In this document: one piece after another, positions 28,181 through 37,543 of the stretch
How the letters are laid out: every line of letters starts with the position of its first letter
Position numbering within the stretch: position 1 is the stretch's first letter
From: a virus
Lineage: Duplodnaviria > Caudoviricetes
IMG/VR virus record: IMGVR_UViG_3300007231_001794
Span: 1-44,806 of that record
DNA length: 44,806 nt
Direction: 5' to 3' (one strand)
Position numbers and translations under genes: made by a program
Notes under the pieces: model-generated
The model's input: the letters and a program-made list of their open reading frames with translations, nothing else
Database searches by the model: none
What the model was told of the DNA's origin: nothing

Positions 28181-29009
28181 AACAAAATCAGTTAAGGCGG
28201 CAAAAAAAGTTACCAAGAAGACCGCAAAGGTTGTTAAAAAAGCAACCAAAAATAAAAAACCGCACGGCCCAGATCTCTACAAAAGGGACGAACACGGCTT
28301 ATTGCAAAACACTGAATACCATTTCAATGAGGACGGCTCGGTAGATTGGAGGTCAATGATTAAGCCAGAGTTCCTTTATCCCAATAAAGGATGGTTTGAA
28401 ATGCGAGGGCAGCAAGTCCCGAGCTCTACGGAAGGACTGAGAGATAACCAGCTTTTAATTATGCTTGGAGGCATTAAAGAATTAGCGAAGCTTAGGGGTT
28501 TTCGGGCTGTAGCTTATGATGTTCGAAACGTAGAAGAGGGCTACGTTACTTCTCGTTGTGATATTGATTGGATTGGTAATTACGAATCATCGAACATGGA
28601 GGTTTCATACGAAGACTATGCTAATGCATCATTAGAAAACACAGATGCGTTTTGCGAGAAGTTTTTGGAAACGATCGCTTGCAATAGATCTTTTGTTAGG
28701 TGTGTTAGAAACTTCTTAAACATTCACATTGTAGGCGCTGATGAAATAGACAAATCAGGAAACAGGAGTGAATCCAAAAGCACTTTTACCCCAAGCCCTT
28801 CCAGCAACGCTCCCATAACGCCTTCTGGTCTGCTTGAAAAAACTTTACTAGAAAAGCACGACGTAAGCTCCTTTGACTCGTTTAAGGACATGCTAAGGGA
28901 TTTATGGAAAGAAGGAAAGTACCTTAATGAAGAGGTTAAAGATTGGAATTCTTTCGATGACATTTCTGCAAAGGAAGCTAGAAAGCTTATTGGTATTATA
29001 TCAAAATGA
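28161..29009 (+). CDS. Putative Rad52/Sak-like single-strand annealing protein with Lys/Ala-rich N-tail
   Basis: ETIACNRSFVRCVRNFLNI resembles the AxTxAxxRAxxxxGI helix; KAAKKVTKKTAKVVKKATK tail. Confidence 0.45.
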   Translation: MNKTDTKTKSVKAAKKVTKKTAKVVKKATKNKKPHGPDLYKRDEHGLLQNTEYHFNEDGSVDWRSMIKPEFLYPNKGWFEMRGQQVPSSTEGLRDNQLLIMLGGIKELAKLRGFRAVAYDVRNVEEGYVTSRCDIDWIGNYESSNMEVSYEDYANASLENTDAFCEKFLETIACNRSFVRCVRNFLNIHIVGADEIDKSGNRSESKSTFTPSPSSNAPITPSGLLEKTLLEKHDVSSFDSFKDMLRDLWKEGKYLNEEVKDWNSFDDISAKEARKLIGIISK

Positions 29010-29464
29010 TAAAAAGAATAACAAATCCAGAAGAGTTCAAACAGGTCATTTGCGATATGAATGACCTGTTTGATATTGAAAACTCAGAAGAAGGACATGT
29101 TCTTGATTTGAAACACAATAAAGAAACCATAATAAATAGTTTTGGCAGTAGTCAACTTCTAGCTTGGGACGTTTTTGTCTGGGGCAATAAAGACGAAGGC
29201 AAGTTTAATGCGGTGTGTATTTTCTTGAATGATAAAAGCGTAAAGTTTGGTAAGAATCTTTTTCTAGAGTTTTTATGGTTGTCTAAAAATCCAAGGGTTG
29301 GCTTTAAGGTCTTCAAAGAAGCTATAAAATTCGCTAGGGAAAAAAAGTTTGAGTATGTAGTCGTTTCTGCGGCGGCAATGAACCCAAGCGAACCAAAACT
29401 CAAAAAGCTTTATAGGAAGTTAGGATTTGTAAAGGACAGCACAACATTTATAGCAAGATTATGA
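29006..29464 (+). CDS. GNAT-family acetyltransferase-like protein
   Basis: EFLW...VGFKVFKEAIKFA...LKKLYRKLGF. Confidence 0.65.
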   Translation: MIKRITNPEEFKQVICDMNDLFDIENSEEGHVLDLKHNKETIINSFGSSQLLAWDVFVWGNKDEGKFNAVCIFLNDKSVKFGKNLFLEFLWLSKNPRVGFKVFKEAIKFAREKKFEYVVVSAAAMNPSEPKLKKLYRKLGFVKDSTTFIARL

Positions 29465-29634
29465 ACAGCGCAGCAGCAAAAAAAATAAGAGAGATCATTA
29501 ACCCACAAGACGCAACCACAAGGCGCGTTTACAGAAGGGCTAAAAAACAATATAATAAAACACCAAAACACTTAAGATCTGACTTTCTTCTCTCTTTAGC
29601 TGTTTTGTTGTCTCCAAATCATGCAGAAGATTAA
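29461..29634 (+). CDS. Small basic hypothetical protein (57 aa, below the ORF-track cutoff)
   Basis: MNSAAAKKIREIINPQDATTRRVYRRAKKQY...HAED*; ATGA overlap upstream and fills the gap. Confidence 0.65.
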   Translation: MNSAAAKKIREIINPQDATTRRVYRRAKKQYNKTPKHLRSDFLLSLAVLLSPNHAED

Positions 29635-29863
29635 TTGGTCAGAAAACCAAATTGGAGGATTCTGGGTTAAGGCTACAGCTAACGGTAATAAATTTATGTC
29701 TGGAACAGTAAAGATGAAACTTTCAGATTTAAAAGAAAATTTCTTGGAGGCTGACGGAGAAACAATAAGTATTAGGCTAGCTGTTTTTAAAAACGACTAT
29801 AAGAAAGATAATAATCCAGACTTCAACTGTTTTACGTTTAAAAAGAATTCCTCTGATACTTAA
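29621..29863 (+). CDS. DUF736-like small protein
   Basis: IGGFW...GNKFMSG...FKN..K..N.PDF pattern. Confidence 0.55.
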   Translation: MQKINWSENQIGGFWVKATANGNKFMSGTVKMKLSDLKENFLEADGETISIRLAVFKNDYKKDNNPDFNCFTFKKNSSDT

Positions 29864-31430
29864 AGTTTTTGTATAAGTGTCCAGTATTAGACACAAGGTA
29901 AAAACCGCTTTCAGTATAGTTAACTCCCAATTCTATTGGAACTCCTGTACTGTGATCTACCAAGTTAAATAAAGGCATACCGCTATTTAGTGGGTCTGTA
30001 GATGTGCCAGTTGCGTTTAGTTTTATATTCTTTGATAAATTGCTATAAGGGTTTAGCGGATCTTTAAACTCCATTGAATAATCAAACGTTGTATACAACC
30101 ACTCTCCGCTAGCGTTTGTAGGCAGTGTGGAAAATAATAAATTTGGGCCGTCATATATTCCTACAGAGCTCCCAAAAGACTCTTTATAAACAAACAATTT
30201 ATCTATTATTCCAGAGTTTCCTGTTATTTCTCCAGTTATAACTCCAGTTTTAAAACTATTATTTATACTTGAGCCCTTGTAAGAAAGGTTTAGCTCGTTA
30301 CTTTCAATAGTAGAACCCGCCTCTTCTCTTTCAAACAGCTTGTTTGGGCCGACCTTTACTGCATTGCCAGAGCCTATTTTAGAACTGGGGATAATACTAA
30401 ACCAATAATCTTTGTTTGGCTCTATTCCTAGACTCTTATTTATATCCACACTTGTAGCCGCAGATCCTGCGCTTAAGTTTCTTTTGCCAATAAACGTAGA
30501 CCCGTTAAGCTCGAAGTTTTCGTCTTGAGAAGCGTAAAGATCTACATGTGAAGGTTTTATGTATTTAGGTTCTTCTATAAATCTAGCTTTTATTGTTATT
30601 TTGTTTTCTACCCTTCCAGATGGAACGGCCCCAGTAGAAGTAGCACCATCTTCGTCAACTTGCCAACTTGCCGTTCCTTGATCGTCTTGCGTTTCTACTT
30701 GTGTTATATAAAGACTATTTCCGTATGTATAATATTCTGCAGAGCCAGCATCTCCAATTATAGAATCCTTTGTTTTTGCTCTTACACCGAAATTAGGCTG
30801 ATAAGAACCGAATATTCTAATGTTTTCCTGTTCTGTTATTAATAGATCTGTTGAGTAGCCACTTAAATAATTTTCGTAAACTGTCGCCCCGTTTTGGTTT
30901 AATATGTCATAACTAACTCCATCAAAATATACGCTTTTTGCCATTTCTTTTGGCGTCTTTATATAAGATTTTGAGTTATCCAAAAATTTAAATTTAAACT
31001 TAACATCTCTCTCTAGATGTATGCCACTTCCCCTTCCAACTGTATAAGTGCTTGTTGGGTCGAACTCAAAATTAGGCTCAAAGTTATATACTGGGAAAAT
31101 GCCAAAAGGATCTGGGTTTACTCTAATGCTGCCAAATATTCCACCAGTATATTCCCCAACTGGATTACAAGGGTTACCAGTCTGAACTGACACATAAATA
31201 GATGGATCGTTGAACCCAGTTGAGTTTCCAGAAAAGGTCCAGAAACCGCTTCCAGAATCATAGTTTATATCTACTGTATAGTAATCATAATTATCCAACT
31301 CTGGCGATCCTGAGTAGTTTTCATAGTAGCCGCAGCTAGGATGGTTACCAGTACCCCTTTTCAGCCTTATATCGCCAGTCGGGCTTAGAAAGGGAATTTT
31401 TACATATAATGGTGTGCAACAATCTGACAT
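29838..31430 (-). CDS. Putative virion/tail-associated protein
   Basis: G/S/T/Y-rich beta-type composition, directly downstream of the J-like gene. Confidence 0.55.
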   Translation of the reverse strand: MSDCCTPLYVKIPFLSPTGDIRLKRGTGNHPSCGYYENYSGSPELDNYDYYTVDINYDSGSGFWTFSGNSTGFNDPSIYVSVQTGNPCNPVGEYTGGIFGSIRVNPDPFGIFPVYNFEPNFEFDPTSTYTVGRGSGIHLERDVKFKFKFLDNSKSYIKTPKEMAKSVYFDGVSYDILNQNGATVYENYLSGYSTDLLITEQENIRIFGSYQPNFGVRAKTKDSIIGDAGSAEYYTYGNSLYITQVETQDDQGTASWQVDEDGATSTGAVPSGRVENKITIKARFIEEPKYIKPSHVDLYASQDENFELNGSTFIGKRNLSAGSAATSVDINKSLGIEPNKDYWFSIIPSSKIGSGNAVKVGPNKLFEREEAGSTIESNELNLSYKGSSINNSFKTGVITGEITGNSGIIDKLFVYKESFGSSVGIYDGPNLLFSTLPTNASGEWLYTTFDYSMEFKDPLNPYSNLSKNIKLNATGTSTDPLNSGMPLFNLVDHSTGVPIELGVNYTESGFYLVSNTGHLYKNFKYQRNSF

Positions 31431-31447
31431 TTTTTTTATTTTATATA

Positions 31448-34400
31448 TTATTCGATTACAACGCCTACAACGACCGAGCCATCTAAATTTTCTAGATCCT
31501 GCCCTGAAACGTATATACTTTCAGATGCTGGAGATGAATCGTCGTATCTTTTATTGTAATCTGCGTTATTGAATGTGTCCGCCAATGATTGAGCTCTTAT
31601 TGTATAGTTCCCTATTAAATCAGGAGTATAAGAAAAGTTTGTTACTGGAGTTGTGGCGACTTCAGACTTTTGGCCGTTTGGTAGTTCTAAGTAATAATAG
31701 TAACCAGTTGCATTTTCTACTGGCTCCCAGCTTCCTGTTATAATTGTTGGGCTTTCATCTAAAACGTAATCTAAAACATCTAATGTAATTGTTGGAGCTT
31801 CCAGGCTTATATAACTTATTTCGTTTACATTAAACTCATTTTTATTATAACCAAATGTGTTTTCGGCCTCTGGTATATTTATGTCGTTTTCTATTTCTTC
31901 GTATTTTCCGCTTAGATACTTTGAGGCTATAACCTTATAGGAATAATTTTCATCTTCCATTATGGAAATTATTTTGTAAACTTGATCCGAAGCGTCCTTA
32001 CTTGGGAATCTATAGGTGGAACCTTCTGGAACAAATTTCAACAGGTTTGCGCTAGGGTCGTTTTCGTCTATGTATACAGTGTCTCCGTATTCATTTGCTT
32101 GTATACCTTTAAACCCTCCCCACCCAGTGACATTAAAGTCTCTTATTTGCTGGTATCCGTTTACATTTATGTCGCTTTCTTGGAGGCCTCCGAAATAATT
32201 CAAATCAGCGTTACTCTGATACGTAAATTTCCCCTCAAGATTAAAGCTTGCTGGCTTTGCTCTTTTATCGCCTTCTGCCGAATCATAAACGAATCCCGAA
32301 GAAGAGTAGGCGTCTCCTAACGTTAAAGATTTAAAATTAAAGGTGCCTTGCCCAGTGCTGTTTATGAATAAATTATAATTATCGTCGTCAGTAAAAGCTT
32401 TACCAGTAGAGAATACCCAACCAGTAACACCTGTATTAAACCATATTATTTGATTTTGAGATCCTGTGTATACAGCGTATTGTTCATAAAGCTCCGCTTC
32501 GTTATCAATTTCTACATCCCCATTAGATATGTCAGAATAACCTTGCGAGTAACTATTAAAACCATAATCACCTATAAAATTAACATCAAAATCAGGATAA
32601 GACAAAGCTCCTTGTTCTATTTCAAAATCTTTCAGTCTAAGTCTTTTTAGTTGCGCCTCTTCGTCTAAATCGCTTTTTTGCTTATTTCCTGTTGGTAAAT
32701 AAACAGTTATTCTTTTTTCGTATTCGCTGGTTTTAAAGGGTTCCGAAGTCTTTATAGTTAAGTTGTCTGCGTCTACGCTTAAAACTCTTCCTATGTTGTG
32801 TCTTAGTGTTTTTAAGTCATCTTCTATAATAATTAAATCGCCAGGCTTACACAGCAAAACTTCATTCCCAGCCGTAAATGCTACAGTTTCATTTTCTTTT
32901 GTGGTTTGGTACATCAAATGCTTTGCTGCTCTTCTTGCCATTGCTTTTGATGTTATCCCCGCTGCGGTTATTTCTTTTTTGAATAAGCCTCTATCAACGA
33001 TATCTTTTTCGTTTTCAATATACTCTATTTTTGATTTGAAACTGTCGTTTCTATCTAAATAAGCAACCTCAACTGCGTTATATTTTTCATCTCTCTTGTA
33101 GCTTGAATAAGAAAAGAACCCATCTTTTACACTTGCATTTGTAAATAAAGCTATAGGGCTTTTTAATCTGTCGTCTAAAAAGCTTATTGTCGAGTTTTGA
33201 AAATAAACTATACCCCTGAATATGGCGGCTATAGAGTTTATAGCGTCAAAGATTTTAGTTCCTTGTGTAAATGCTATGTTACATGTAAATCTTGGTTCGA
33301 TACCTCCCCTTCCATCTTTGACTCCCAAAAAATAACCGTCTTCATCGACAGCGTCACAAAACCTGCCTATCTTGTAAAGATCCCATTTGTTAACTTCGCT
33401 TTCTGATATTTGTTGACCCAAACCGTACCTTGTGGCCACAATCATATCATATAAAATCCAAGCTGGGTTATCTGTCCATTCAAACTTAAAAGACCCATTC
33501 CAATCTCCATTATACAATAGACTAGATGATTTTGTTTGAGAGTTAAACTCAGACTCTTTTTTAAAATATCTTTTATCCTTACCATCTCCATCTATTGGGA
33601 AGTAGTTTGATGGTATTTTTACTTTTTTGAACTTACCTCTGTAAGTTCTTTTTGGTATGTCGTTAAAAACCCTAGAGTCTATCTTGGTTCCTACTATAGC
33701 TGAAAAAGGGTAGCTGCATTGAGATTCAATTATTTCAGTGACTTTTACTAATGAAATAACTTTAGATATTAAAGTTGAGTTAGACTCTGTCGAAAGTTTC
33801 GTTATTTTTATATACCTTTTTTCTTTTTTATCTTCCCTACCCGCCGTATCTTCTTCTATATCATTGTAAGGTATAGGAGGTAATATAAAAGGCTGGGATA
33901 TCCCTCCCTGAGCAATACCTTCTAAGGTTTGGTTTATTTCTTTCACATCATCATATTCGCCAATAGAATCTTTAGCATCTGGGTTACCTATATCTAAGTA
34001 GTTGGGAGCCTCTACAAGCGCAATTATTTGAAAAAACTTTTCTACTAAAATTGTTTCGCCTCCATTTTCGTCTATTAATCCTGTTTCTATTCTTATGTTT
34101 AGTGGTGCTGGGATCTTAGTCCCAATATCGGCATTGCCGTTTCCTGCTCCAAGGCTAAGGATACCCTCTTTATCTACCGTATCAGATAAAGATTTTAAAG
34201 ACAAAGTAACAAAGCAAGAAGAAACGTTCGGATTTTCTATTATATGTGTTACTGGTTGTGCTCTTTCGTCATAATCTACCTTGCTTGTATTCCAGTCTGA
34301 AAAGGATTTTGTATTTTGTCTTATATCTTTACTACCTTCTTCTATTGCAGCAAGGTAAGACTCGTCCATCTCTGGGATTGAATTTAGTAAGTAGTTATCG

Positions 34401-36541
34401 GTGTTGGGATCAAGTGGAAAATTCAAATCAGGGATTTTGTCTCCACCCAGCTCTAACTTTTTCAAAGTTCCATTTGCCTTTATTTTTTGAACCCCATAAT
34501 AATCGCTATCTAAAATTCCAAATAAATCTGGTTTTAATGCCCCCCTAGTATTGAATGGCCCCAACAATTCCGAATTATAAAATTTGTCTATGTAAATATT
34601 TTTGAAGTAATCTAATGGCTCTTGAAATTGTTGTCCATTTCTAAATTCCATCATTACATTTGAGTAATTATATTTCTTAGCACCCAAAGAATTAGATCTA
34701 TATCCAAAAGAAAAAACACCTAATCCAGTAATGTTTTTAAGGTAGTTTATTTCCTTAGACGGCATTAATGATTGTAAAAAATAACCATCTCTGGTTTTTT
34801 TGTATTTACCATCATCATTTACTCTTAACGCCCCACCAATGCCAATAGATAAATTAAAAGATTCTATATTAAAACCCCAAACTTGTCCGTTCCAATTCCC
34901 GTTTGAATCTAACTTTGGTATAATAAGATTAATCACTTTTCCAGAGGACTGTGACCTTATCTCTGTAGATACAGGCTCTATTGATAGAGAATAATCAAGT
35001 TGATCTCCAGGTTTACCTGTTGTAGCTATTGTCGGAGTAGCTAGTGCTAGTTGTTGTGTAATCCAAGCGCCAATCTCTTGTACCGCTGCGCTTGCGGGAG
35101 ATGTTAATACGCTTGCTGTACATATATAATAAACATCTCCATAAAAGAATAAATCTTGACTATTATATTGTTTTCCGTATTCTACCGTATCAACAAATGT
35201 TTCTGTTTTGAATATATCTTTATGCTCCGACTCTATATAGCCATCAATAGCGTAACCTTCATCATGATTAACAAAAAGATAAGGATTTATTACGTCCAAC
35301 CCTGGCTGATCTGTTTTTAGCTTAGTTTTAACGAGATCTGTAATATCGTTTCTAGTTATTTGTTCGTAAATTACTTCGTTATTTTCGATTGGAGTTGCAT
35401 TTAAATTAAAACCTAAAGCTTTTAGTCTTTCTCTCAAAAATTCCGACGAAAGTTTTCCTGAAGAGCGGCTGTCATCTTGTACGTTTACTGTATCTACTAA
35501 TTGATTTATAGAGTCTGATATTTCTTTTCTGAAAATCCCTAATGGATTTGCACTATTGATAGATTCTTCCCACTCTGAAACCTGAAGGCAAATTTCTGTA
35601 TAAAAAGTATTAGCCCCGCCTTCTTCAGTAGACTGCTTGGTAAAAAAGCAGGTTCCGCCAGCTACTTTTTTTGCATCAGACAACGCTTGTGCGGAAGCAT
35701 TTATTTTATATTTATCTCCATCAGCGAACCAAAACTCCCTTGTTTGCTTCGCGTATATACTAAAATTAGATGAGCTACCAGCCTCCAGGTAATTCTGCCT
35801 AATCCTTCTTTCCTGGTACCTATATAAACCCTCATTTATGCTAGTGTGTAATCCCCCATACACCTCATTTGTGCCATAAGAAACTACTTGCCCCGAAAAA
35901 GCTGGCTCAAGGTCAATACACCCAAACATAGTATCACGCCACCTGTTGTTTGTAGTACCTTGTCCGTAAAAGTTTTGAGATATTAATGTATAATCAGCGA
36001 TTGGTGAAAAAAGATTTCTTATATCTGAAAAGGCTCTATATCGTTCAGAAGGAATATTATTAGCCCCATATACACGATCCCTGCTGCTAGGGTTTGAGCT
36101 ATTCCAAATGATTGACCTATCACTATATACATATCGCATTCTTAAATTTTTCGGAACAATTATTTCATTATAAGAAAAGTCACTTACTGTTCCAAAAGCT
36201 TGTGATATAGCACCAGTAAATGACTCAGCACTTTGGCCGCTACCTATTAAAGTTGTTATATTTTCTTGCGATCTTTCTATGAATGCTTCGCTTGTCTGTT
36301 CCACTGGGACATCGTTTAAATAAACCCCTTGAAGGTAAGATGTTGGATTTAAAACATAACTGTTTGAATTTGAAAGGCCCTCTATAGGTCCGTCAGAAAG
36401 TAAATCAACAGTTTCTGAATAAGAAAAAGACGCGGCGACAGAGTAATCTCCTATCTTAGGAGGTTTAAGTGTAGCAGGTTTTGGTTTAGAGGCTCCTCCT
36501 TTAGCGCCAGCAAGTGTATTTTTTATTTCAAAATGTTTCAT
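31448..36541 (-). CDS. Tail tip / host-specificity protein (lambda J-like)
   Basis: DLLSDGPIEGL, YLNDVPV, YPFSA, WTDNPAWILYD, EPRFTCN, PGDLI, C-terminal FN3-like region. Confidence 0.9.
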   Translation of the reverse strand: MKHFEIKNTLAGAKGGASKPKPATLKPPKIGDYSVAASFSYSETVDLLSDGPIEGLSNSNSYVLNPTSYLQGVYLNDVPVEQTSEAFIERSQENITTLIGSGQSAESFTGAISQAFGTVSDFSYNEIIVPKNLRMRYVYSDRSIIWNSSNPSSRDRVYGANNIPSERYRAFSDIRNLFSPIADYTLISQNFYGQGTTNNRWRDTMFGCIDLEPAFSGQVVSYGTNEVYGGLHTSINEGLYRYQERRIRQNYLEAGSSSNFSIYAKQTREFWFADGDKYKINASAQALSDAKKVAGGTCFFTKQSTEEGGANTFYTEICLQVSEWEESINSANPLGIFRKEISDSINQLVDTVNVQDDSRSSGKLSSEFLRERLKALGFNLNATPIENNEVIYEQITRNDITDLVKTKLKTDQPGLDVINPYLFVNHDEGYAIDGYIESEHKDIFKTETFVDTVEYGKQYNSQDLFFYGDVYYICTASVLTSPASAAVQEIGAWITQQLALATPTIATTGKPGDQLDYSLSIEPVSTEIRSQSSGKVINLIIPKLDSNGNWNGQVWGFNIESFNLSIGIGGALRVNDDGKYKKTRDGYFLQSLMPSKEINYLKNITGLGVFSFGYRSNSLGAKKYNYSNVMMEFRNGQQFQEPLDYFKNIYIDKFYNSELLGPFNTRGALKPDLFGILDSDYYGVQKIKANGTLKKLELGGDKIPDLNFPLDPNTDNYLLNSIPEMDESYLAAIEEGSKDIRQNTKSFSDWNTSKVDYDERAQPVTHIIENPNVSSCFVTLSLKSLSDTVDKEGILSLGAGNGNADIGTKIPAPLNIRIETGLIDENGGETILVEKFFQIIALVEAPNYLDIGNPDAKDSIGEYDDVKEINQTLEGIAQGGISQPFILPPIPYNDIEEDTAGREDKKEKRYIKITKLSTESNSTLISKVISLVKVTEIIESQCSYPFSAIVGTKIDSRVFNDIPKRTYRGKFKKVKIPSNYFPIDGDGKDKRYFKKESEFNSQTKSSSLLYNGDWNGSFKFEWTDNPAWILYDMIVATRYGLGQQISESEVNKWDLYKIGRFCDAVDEDGYFLGVKDGRGGIEPRFTCNIAFTQGTKIFDAINSIAAIFRGIVYFQNSTISFLDDRLKSPIALFTNASVKDGFFSYSSYKRDEKYNAVEVAYLDRNDSFKSKIEYIENEKDIVDRGLFKKEITAAGITSKAMARRAAKHLMYQTTKENETVAFTAGNEVLLCKPGDLIIIEDDLKTLRHNIGRVLSVDADNLTIKTSEPFKTSEYEKRITVYLPTGNKQKSDLDEEAQLKRLRLKDFEIEQGALSYPDFDVNFIGDYGFNSYSQGYSDISNGDVEIDNEAELYEQYAVYTGSQNQIIWFNTGVTGWVFSTGKAFTDDDNYNLFINSTGQGTFNFKSLTLGDAYSSSGFVYDSAEGDKRAKPASFNLEGKFTYQSNADLNYFGGLQESDINVNGYQQIRDFNVTGWGGFKGIQANEYGDTVYIDENDPSANLLKFVPEGSTYRFPSKDASDQVYKIISIMEDENYSYKVIASKYLSGKYEEIENDINIPEAENTFGYNKNEFNVNEISYISLEAPTITLDVLDYVLDESPTIITGSWEPVENATGYYYYLELPNGQKSEVATTPVTNFSYTPDLIGNYTIRAQSLADTFNNADYNKRYDDSSPASESIYVSGQDLENLDGSVVVGVVIE

Positions 36542-36546
36542 CTATT

Positions 36547-37134
36547 TTATAGGTTTGCTATTTGACTTGCTGCTTCTGTTTTTTCTGACTGTTCATTTAA
36601 AGGATTTCTTCTGAACGATTTAAATGTTTCTTGGTTTTGAGGGTAACTCTTTAAGCATGTTTGTATTATCTCAGAGCCAATAAGTAATTCACCATAACAA
36701 ACAGGCACGGGTGTTCCTTGCGCCGCCCTGTTTTGCACACTGCTAAATGTAAATGACTTTTCTAAACCAGCTGCCGTTTGTGATATTTCTGGGGGCTTTG
36801 GCGGATCTGGAGCTAAGATTATTTGCAGCGCTGTTGAAACGACAACAATTGCAATAGCAATCCAAGTCGGGGGCCCATCTCCTGACAGAATAGGCACAAG
36901 GTCTATTGTTTCTGCTTTTCTTTTTGTTAAAATTTCTTTTGGGTTTTCTATTTTTTCGCCATCAACTATAACGCAGTAATGAAAACCAGAAGAACCCAAA
37001 TCAAATATTCTTTTCTTGAACCCACTTCTGTTTGCATCTATGGCGTCAAAAACATCTTTAGGTTCGTCTATCTCCATAGAAAAACAATCCCCGAATTCAT
37101 CAGCCAAAAGGCCGTATAGTTTTATATTGGTCAT
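36547..37134 (-). CDS. Tail assembly protein (lambda I-like)
   Basis: IKLYGLLADEFG, IDLVPILSG, FSSVQN.AAQGTPVPVCYGELLIGS. Confidence 0.88.
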   Translation of the reverse strand: MTNIKLYGLLADEFGDCFSMEIDEPKDVFDAIDANRSGFKKRIFDLGSSGFHYCVIVDGEKIENPKEILTKRKAETIDLVPILSGDGPPTWIAIAIVVVSTALQIILAPDPPKPPEISQTAAGLEKSFTFSSVQNRAAQGTPVPVCYGELLIGSEIIQTCLKSYPQNQETFKSFRRNPLNEQSEKTEAASQIANL

Positions 37135-37535
37135 TTAATTAATTTGAACTTATCTATTGTTGTTACATCAGCAATAGACTTTTTGGGCGTGTAAAAGTTG
37201 AATTTTTTAGTATTCAACGAGTATATAAAAAATGGAAGACAACTGTTCTCTGACATCAATACGTCTTTTTCCGACTCTTCTTCGTTGCCGAATACGTGGC
37301 TATGAAACAATGCGACAGGTTTATAACGCTTTAGAAAAAGCAAATATTCTAAAGGGTCTATTGTAAAGCTTTCCCTTGGCGTTGTTGATTTATTCTCGCA
37401 TAAAAAAACAGTAAATTTACCTTCCGACTCTCCAATAAAACCGCATATTTCCTGAGAAACATTTAAAAAAGACCACTCGTCTATTTTGTTCAGTATGCTT
37501 TTCGGGTCTTGGGTAGTTAACGATTCTTTATTCAT
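37131..37535 (-). CDS. JAB/MPN-domain tail assembly protein (lambda K-like, no NlpC/P60 part)
   Basis: EICGFI, FHSH.....S..D. Confidence 0.85.
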   Translation of the reverse strand: MNKESLTTQDPKSILNKIDEWSFLNVSQEICGFIGESEGKFTVFLCENKSTTPRESFTIDPLEYLLFLKRYKPVALFHSHVFGNEEESEKDVLMSENSCLPFFIYSLNTKKFNFYTPKKSIADVTTIDKFKLIK

Positions 37536-37543
37536 TGTTATGT

